Virus record (IMG/VR): IMGVR_UViG_3300033485_000002
Location: 1-64,000 of that record
DNA: 64,000 nucleotides
DNA from: a virus
Strand: one strand, 5' to 3'
The first letter of the stretch is position 1. Each line of letters begins with the position of its first letter. A program made the position numbers and the translations under genes. Below, in pieces: positions 58,815 through 64,000 of the stretch. The notes below the pieces were generated by a model, which was not told the origin of the DNA, did no database searches, and was given only the letters and a program-made list of their open reading frames with translations.

Positions 58815-59124
58815 GTATAGCCCTCTACAGCATGAGCATCTTGAAAAAGAGACCAAAGCACAGCTCATTCGGCGTATACAAGAGCTGAGAAAAATGGACA
58901 TTGCCAAAGAGGAAACAATAGGCAGTCTCCATGATCAGCTTTGGCAGCAACATGACCAGAAGCGGGATTTTGAGTGGTTGATGCGCACAAGGGAAGATAA
59001 GATTCGTGATGTTTGTGCCATTTTCATCCATCTGGATGTGAAACGGGTTGCCCCAACATCACTTGTACTCATTCAACGTCTACTGCAAGAAGCCCTGGAC
59101 TGGCAACAGAAAAAGGCAGAGTGA
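58807..59124 (+). CDS. Coiled-coil hypothetical protein
   Basis: GAGGA RBS. Confidence 0.65.
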   Translation: MAKYSPLQHEHLEKETKAQLIRRIQELRKMDIAKEETIGSLHDQLWQQHDQKRDFEWLMRTREDKIRDVCAIFIHLDVKRVAPTSLVLIQRLLQEALDWQQKKAE

Positions 59125-59603
59125 TGGCTAACAGCTACGAGCAGACGTGCTTTGGGATCGAGAACGTGACCAATAAGGAGTATGCGTGGATCAAGGAGAT
59201 GACCCGTAAACTCCAAGATGTTGAGTCACAGGAGGAGGGTATCCCTGAGCTGGATGACTTCGTCTCCCATGGGTGGACCGGGTGGAAGCTCGTCACCATG
59301 GTCACGGGCATCCAGGGAGAGGCTATCACGGAAGATAACGTCCGAGGTGAAGTCTACTTCGACATCGAGGAAGGCTTCGACAACGACGCCCTGATTGCTC
59401 TGCTCCAGGGGTTCCTGAAGAAGTTCCGTCCCGATGGCGTGATCGGCTTCGAGATCGCCTACACCTGTTCGAAGATGCGCCCCGATGAGTTTGGTGGTTC
59501 GGCAATCGTCATCACTGCCGATGAAGTTCAGTCGTTCGGTACGGCAGCGTGGTTGCTGGATCGCCTCGGGGAGTACAGAGCACAGGGGAAGGTGCGGGCG
59601 TAG
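59124..59603 (+). CDS. Conserved-looking hypothetical protein
   Basis: TGATG coupling; C-terminal AYTCSKMRPDEFGGSA motif. Confidence 0.7.
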   Translation: MANSYEQTCFGIENVTNKEYAWIKEMTRKLQDVESQEEGIPELDDFVSHGWTGWKLVTMVTGIQGEAITEDNVRGEVYFDIEEGFDNDALIALLQGFLKKFRPDGVIGFEIAYTCSKMRPDEFGGSAIVITADEVQSFGTAAWLLDRLGEYRAQGKVRA

Positions 59604-59604
59604 T

Positions 59605-59850
59605 ATGCCCTTCGTGCTCATCTTCGAGCATCGTTTTGGGAAAGACGTGTACGTGGCCCACACTCGGGAAGCCATCGAGAAGCAACGAGAGTATCTTGCC
59701 CATCAATGGCGGGACGAGTACGATATCCCGGAGGAAATCCCGGATGCTGTCCTAGCCGAGAGCTGGTGCGAGTACACGCATGGTACAGAGGGTTTCGAGA
59801 TTCGTGACATCGACTTTGTCGAGGAGGCACCTGACGGGGTTACAGACTGA
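59605..59850 (+). CDS. Hypothetical protein
   Basis: In operon. Confidence 0.65.
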   Translation: MPFVLIFEHRFGKDVYVAHTREAIEKQREYLAHQWRDEYDIPEEIPDAVLAESWCEYTHGTEGFEIRDIDFVEEAPDGVTD

Positions 59851-60089
59851 TGCGTATCTATCTCAAAGGCGGGGATGTCGTCGCTGCTAGCGCAGACTTC
59901 GAGATCGTCACGGATCAGGGGGAACATACCTTGTGGAGTATGGGCGTCCCTGATGGTGAAGTGATCCGTTATTGGCACCCCCAAGAAGAGAAGTGGTACG
60001 ACTGCCGGTGGGATCTTGAAACCGACAGTCCAAACTATGGCCAGCTCTACTACGAGGGTCTGGAGCGCGGGGATGAGTCCGTTCTATAG
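59850..60089 (+). CDS. Hypothetical protein
   Basis: TGATG coupling. Confidence 0.6.
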   Translation: MRIYLKGGDVVAASADFEIVTDQGEHTLWSMGVPDGEVIRYWHPQEEKWYDCRWDLETDSPNYGQLYYEGLERGDESVL

Positions 60090-60294
60090 GACCACGATCA
60101 CGTTCGAGGTTCTGAGTGAGGGGCCTATCCCGAGCCATTGGGATCTGGCGCGGATTCACGAGGAGACGATTTCCGGGGAGTGGTCCGGGAAGTCGGAAGT
60201 CACTTCAGTGAAGGAACTGACCGAGGAGGAGCTGATCCGCGAGTGCCATGAGCATGGTACGGACCCCCACTTCTTCCTGATTGACAAACCTTGA
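60073..60294 (+). CDS. Hypothetical protein
   Basis: FEVLSE, HGTDP.FF motifs. Confidence 0.65.
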   Translation: MSPFYRTTITFEVLSEGPIPSHWDLARIHEETISGEWSGKSEVTSVKELTEEELIRECHEHGTDPHFFLIDKP

Positions 60295-60309
60295 AAACCG
60301 TGATATCAT
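60281..60309 (+). promoter_or_regulatory. Sigma70 promoter with extended -10
   Basis: TTGACA-17-(TGn)TATCAT upstream of the AAA+ gene. Confidence 0.75.
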
Positions 60310-60342
60310 CAACCGTAACTGGCACTTAGACGGAGGCCAGAC

Positions 60343-61323
60343 ATGGAAGTAATCACCATCGAAGCGGGTCAGGTGTTCCCCCAGCTCAAGGGGGAGAACG
60401 CCAAGGTGAAGATTCCCTTCGGCCAGTATGACGATAACGATCCCGAGGATCAGCGGCTCAAGGCTCTGATTCCGGCAGTGGATCCGTACTATCGTTTCCC
60501 TGGTCGGCAGGTGATCTCGCTGCTGTTGGCTTTCGCCAACCGCGACAACGTCCTGCTCGTGGGATCGACCGGTGTTGGTAAGACGATGCTGGGGATGCAG
60601 CTCGCGGCAAAGGTCATGCTGCCCGCCGTCAGGTTGAACCTGCACGGTGAGCTGGGATCGCCGGAGCTGTTCGGCTACTTCGGGTTGAGCAACCCCAACA
60701 TTCTGAACGATGACGGGTGGAAGTGGACCACCTTGACCAAGGCGATCCAGCACCCGTGCGTCCTGCTGCTGGATGAGTGGGATTCCATCAGGGCTGAGCT
60801 GTCGATCGGCCTTCAGCGGCTGTTGGAAGATCACCAGCCCGGTGTGATGCTGCCGGAGCGGGATCAGTTTATCCCTCGGCATAAGGACTGCATCATCATC
60901 GCCACCGCGAACACCCGAGGGCTGGGTGACGAGACCGGCCTGTATGCCGGGACCGGTGCTCAGAACTTCGCGCAGTTGAACAGGTTCCATCTGGTGATGG
61001 AGATGGAGCCGCTGCCGCCCAAGAATCTGGCGCAGATTCTGGAGAAGGTGGAGTTCTACAACCAGAGCTTGAAGCCGGAATTGGTGGATGCGCTCACCAA
61101 GTTCTATGCGGCAACCCTGTCCTCGTGGGAGCAGAACGGGCTGTCCACTCCGATCTCCGTGAGGATGATGCTGCACTTCGCCAAGTACTTCCTGGTGCTG
61201 AAGTACGAGGCATTGGGGATGACCATCCTGTCCAAGCTGCCCACAGCCAGGGACAGGGAGATCATGCTGGGTATCGCTGATCGGTTCAACTTCGTTGATC
61301 CGAACCGAACTGCCGCCAAGTAG
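60343..61323 (+). CDS. cobS: CobS/MoxR-like AAA+ ATPase
   Basis: GSTGVGKT, LLLDEWD, ATANT.GLGDETGLYAGT..QN.AQLNRF, ISVR. Confidence 0.9.
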   Translation: MEVITIEAGQVFPQLKGENAKVKIPFGQYDDNDPEDQRLKALIPAVDPYYRFPGRQVISLLLAFANRDNVLLVGSTGVGKTMLGMQLAAKVMLPAVRLNLHGELGSPELFGYFGLSNPNILNDDGWKWTTLTKAIQHPCVLLLDEWDSIRAELSIGLQRLLEDHQPGVMLPERDQFIPRHKDCIIIATANTRGLGDETGLYAGTGAQNFAQLNRFHLVMEMEPLPPKNLAQILEKVEFYNQSLKPELVDALTKFYAATLSSWEQNGLSTPISVRMMLHFAKYFLVLKYEALGMTILSKLPTARDREIMLGIADRFNFVDPNRTAAK

Positions 61324-61332
61324 GAGGCAGCC

Positions 61333-63960
61333 ATGGACGAAATGGAAGAGTGGGCCACGCTAGAGCTGGCCATGGCAGAACTGGGTGTCAAACACATGCG
61401 CGACCTGTTCGGGGGGAACATCCCCGTCGCGCAGGTTCTGCAAGGAATTGCGGCTGGCTTGGCCGACTGCGATGTCACGGTCGTGGTAGACCCGAAAGTG
61501 ACAGTTCCGCAGGCGATCCCGAGCCAGAGAAAGATCCTTCTTCCAGCCCACGTGAAGTCGGAGCGGGCGTTGCTGATCGTGTCCTGGTATCTCGATCATG
61601 AGACCGGGCATATCATCTTCACCCCGCCGCCCGAGAACACCGTGGAAGGCTGGAAGCAACAGTCCCGTATGCTCGATGTCTGCAAGGCAAAGGGCTATAC
61701 GGAGATCCCGGAAGAGCTGATCAAGACGGCGCACTTCTTCCTCAACTGTGTTGAGGATGCTCGCGTCGAAAACCTGATGGTACGCCGGTTTCCGGGGTGC
61801 AAGAAGCACTTCATCGGCGGGCCGATTGCGTTGGATCTGCAAGATCCGTTCACGCCGACGCTGGAGAAAGCCAAGGAGATCCAGGCAGCGAACAACCTGC
61901 CGCATCCACCGCTGAATCCGTTCTTCGTCGGAGAGTTGCACGCGAATGCGCTTCTGAACGGTAAGCACGGCCAGTTGGACCGGGACTATATCCGGGGAAT
62001 CGCGCCGCCGCATGTGAGCTGGGTGCTCGATGCAGTGGACGATACCTTCGGGGATATCCGGGATGTGTGCGCCGTGACGTTGGAAGATCTGGCAGCGCGG
62101 GTGGATAAGGTCATGGCGCTTATCCTGGAGAAAAAGCTCCCGGATATGAGTGAGGCCGAAGAGAGCGAAGGCGATCAGGAAGGCGAGGAGCAGGGTGGCG
62201 ACGATCGCTTTGCCGAAGAGTTCGCCAAGCCCAAGAAGGGCAAGAAGAGCAAGAAGGGCAAGAAGGGAGACAAGGATGAGCAATCCGATAGTGACTCCGA
62301 TGGAGCAGATGAAGCTGGAGAAGGAGATTCTGACGAATCTGAGTCCGGAGACGGAAGCGATAATGATGCTGGTGCAGGAAGCGTGGGAGACGAAGATGAG
62401 TCAGATTCGGAAGGAGAATCGGACTCTGAGGGAGGAGAAGGAGACGCTGCTGGCGAACATGATGGCAGCGAGGAGGACGATGAGGATTCTGAAGACGATG
62501 ATTCAGAATCTGATGGCGTATCCGGGGCCGGAGATGACGAAGACGATTCAGATGAAGGTGATTCGGCGTCTGGGGGAGACGATGAAGAGGGCGACGACGG
62601 AGATGACGAGGATGACGCCGATGAAGATTCTGGAGACGACGGCACCGAAGGCGATGACCAAGATGATGAAGGAGATCGAGACGGAAGCGAAGAAGGCGAA
62701 GAGGACGCTGAGGGAGATGGAGAAGACGAAGAAGAAGTCGCTGCCGAAGGCGATTCCGACGACGCGCTGACCGGAGACATCAGCAAGCAGGCGCAGTTCG
62801 ATCAGTTGATTGAGTGGGCGCAGGATGCTCAGACGGACATGGCGCAGCTCATGCGAGAGGCGCAGGAAGCGGAGGAAGCGGCCAAGCAGCAAGCGGCTGT
62901 AGAGTCGAACAGCGCCACAGCCGGTTCACCGAGTATGGAGCATGCCCCGGATGCGGAGGGGATGCCTGACGAGTATCTGGCACGGTTGGACCCCGGAGTC
63001 GGGGTGGTCGTGATCGCGGATCAGGATCTGGACGCACTGGTTCAGGATGATGACTCCGCCTTCCAGGAGTATGACCGGTTTATCCAGGAGATTATGCCCC
63101 ATGATCTGGGGCCAGCCGCTCGGCGGCTGATGGGCAAGTTCAAGAGCGCACCGGGCAAAGCGTGGCAGGGGAATCGGATCAACCCGAAGATGCTGCAACC
63201 GATCATGTCCGGACACGCTCATGGCCGACCGCTGTATCTCCGACGCCAGGAGACGGTGCAAAGCAAAAAGGGCGTGGTCGTCATGCTGTGCATCGATTGC
63301 TCAGGCTCGATGATCTCGGATGTGCCGGGGTTGAATCTCCCGAGACCGCACAACTCCAAGTTCGCGATCTCGCACGCAGCAGGCCGGGGGATCGCTCGGC
63401 TATTGCAGCGGATACAGGTGCCGTTTGCGGTGATGGGCTACACCACCGATACGACGAACAACAATCGTCGTAACTATAACGCATCGAGGCAGATGGACAT
63501 CGTCAACTTCTTGTTCAAGGATTTCCACGAGCCGTGGACGACTTGTGAGCAGAAGATGCTGGCGATGAACGCTTTCACTCGCACGACTTATAAGGGCCGG
63601 TATATCTATCCGGAAACCAATTCCGATGGTGAGTCGCTGCTGTGGGCGGCGACACAGATCATCACCCGACCGGAGGATCGGAAGATCATGATCGTGCTGT
63701 CGGATGGGCTGCCAGCGGCAGGGGACTACACGATGCAGTCCAAGTTCCTGAAGTGGGCAGTGCGCCGGATCGAGATCGCGGGCATTCACATTGGAGCGTT
63801 GGGTATTGGAGATCGTGGTGTGACCCACTACTACCGGATGTATGAACTGCTGGATGTGTTCCCCCAAGGTTGGGGAGACAAGCACACGGCACCGTTCCTC
63901 ATCCAGGAGAAGCTGATCACACTCATCGATCGGTTGGCAACGGACCAGACGGGGAGCTAA
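61333..63960 (+). CDS. cobT: CobT-like VWA protein with HExxH N-domain and a long acidic linker
   Basis: DHETGH and EDARVE in the N-domain; ~200-aa D/E linker; VWA motifs IDCSGSM, NSDGE, VLSDGLP, ALGIG. Confidence 0.85.
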   Translation: MDEMEEWATLELAMAELGVKHMRDLFGGNIPVAQVLQGIAAGLADCDVTVVVDPKVTVPQAIPSQRKILLPAHVKSERALLIVSWYLDHETGHIIFTPPPENTVEGWKQQSRMLDVCKAKGYTEIPEELIKTAHFFLNCVEDARVENLMVRRFPGCKKHFIGGPIALDLQDPFTPTLEKAKEIQAANNLPHPPLNPFFVGELHANALLNGKHGQLDRDYIRGIAPPHVSWVLDAVDDTFGDIRDVCAVTLEDLAARVDKVMALILEKKLPDMSEAEESEGDQEGEEQGGDDRFAEEFAKPKKGKKSKKGKKGDKDEQSDSDSDGADEAGEGDSDESESGDGSDNDAGAGSVGDEDESDSEGESDSEGGEGDAAGEHDGSEEDDEDSEDDDSESDGVSGAGDDEDDSDEGDSASGGDDEEGDDGDDEDDADEDSGDDGTEGDDQDDEGDRDGSEEGEEDAEGDGEDEEEVAAEGDSDDALTGDISKQAQFDQLIEWAQDAQTDMAQLMREAQEAEEAAKQQAAVESNSATAGSPSMEHAPDAEGMPDEYLARLDPGVGVVVIADQDLDALVQDDDSAFQEYDRFIQEIMPHDLGPAARRLMGKFKSAPGKAWQGNRINPKMLQPIMSGHAHGRPLYLRRQETVQSKKGVVVMLCIDCSGSMISDVPGLNLPRPHNSKFAISHAAGRGIARLLQRIQVPFAVMGYTTDTTNNNRRNYNASRQMDIVNFLFKDFHEPWTTCEQKMLAMNAFTRTTYKGRYIYPETNSDGESLLWAATQIITRPEDRKIMIVLSDGLPAAGDYTMQSKFLKWAVRRIEIAGIHIGALGIGDRGVTHYYRMYELLDVFPQGWGDKHTAPFLIQEKLITLIDRLATDQTGS

Positions 63961-64000
63961 GGGGAACATATGCGCTCACTGTCAGTGACCCAGGGTGTTG

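Noticed and set aside
47004-62283. Long minus-strand and alternate-frame ORFs (e.g. 47004-47963, 48627-49607, 60205-61176)
   Set aside because: Shadows of GC3-biased plus-strand genes, with no RBS or motifs
62175-62786. Ser-rich minus-strand ORF
   Set aside because: Antisense shadow of the GAN-rich acidic linker
60343-63960. Cobalamin biosynthesis auxiliary metabolic genes
   Set aside because: No CobN or other cob genes; phage CobS/CobT-like pairs are better read as generic AAA+/VWA chaperones
1-64000. tRNA genes, CRISPR arrays, integrase or IS elements, stop-codon reassignment
   Set aside because: None recognised by eye; genes are intact in the standard code and use all three stop codons

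Overview
This window is a 64-kb piece of a large contractile-tailed (myovirus-type) phage genome. The host is probably Gram-negative, given an i-spanin/o-spanin pair. It has four blocks. (1) 1-35.3 kb, tail/baseplate module: sheath, tube, chaperone with a probable +1 frameshift, tape measure, hub, gp5-like spike, a 1.7-kaa beta-solenoid, gp25, gp6/J, gpI-like protein, tail fibre and an NHL-repeat protein. Embedded in it are a catalytically dead papain-like homologue, a sulfotransferase and basic putative internal-head proteins. (2) 35.3-37.0 kb, lysis cassette: amidase, holin, spanins. (3) 37.1-45.1 kb, DNA metabolism: phosphoesterase, HU-like protein, a promoter-and-terminator-bounded small RNA, a UvsW-like helicase split into two genes around an origin-like spacer, a DnaB-like helicase and a primase. 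(4) After the only minus-strand gene and a G-tract/repeat-rich non-coding junction (candidate genome end, ~46.6-47.0 kb), a GC-rich early region of ~35 small genes ends in a CobS/CobT-like AAA+/VWA pair. The strongest novel signal is in the early region: a complete type II hammerhead ribozyme at 47977-48037 and long G-U-rich hairpins in neighbouring spacers, suggesting the early polycistronic RNA is cut into segments. No capsid, terminase, DNA polymerase, tRNA, CRISPR array or integrase was seen. All family assignments come from motif recognition by eye, not database searches.
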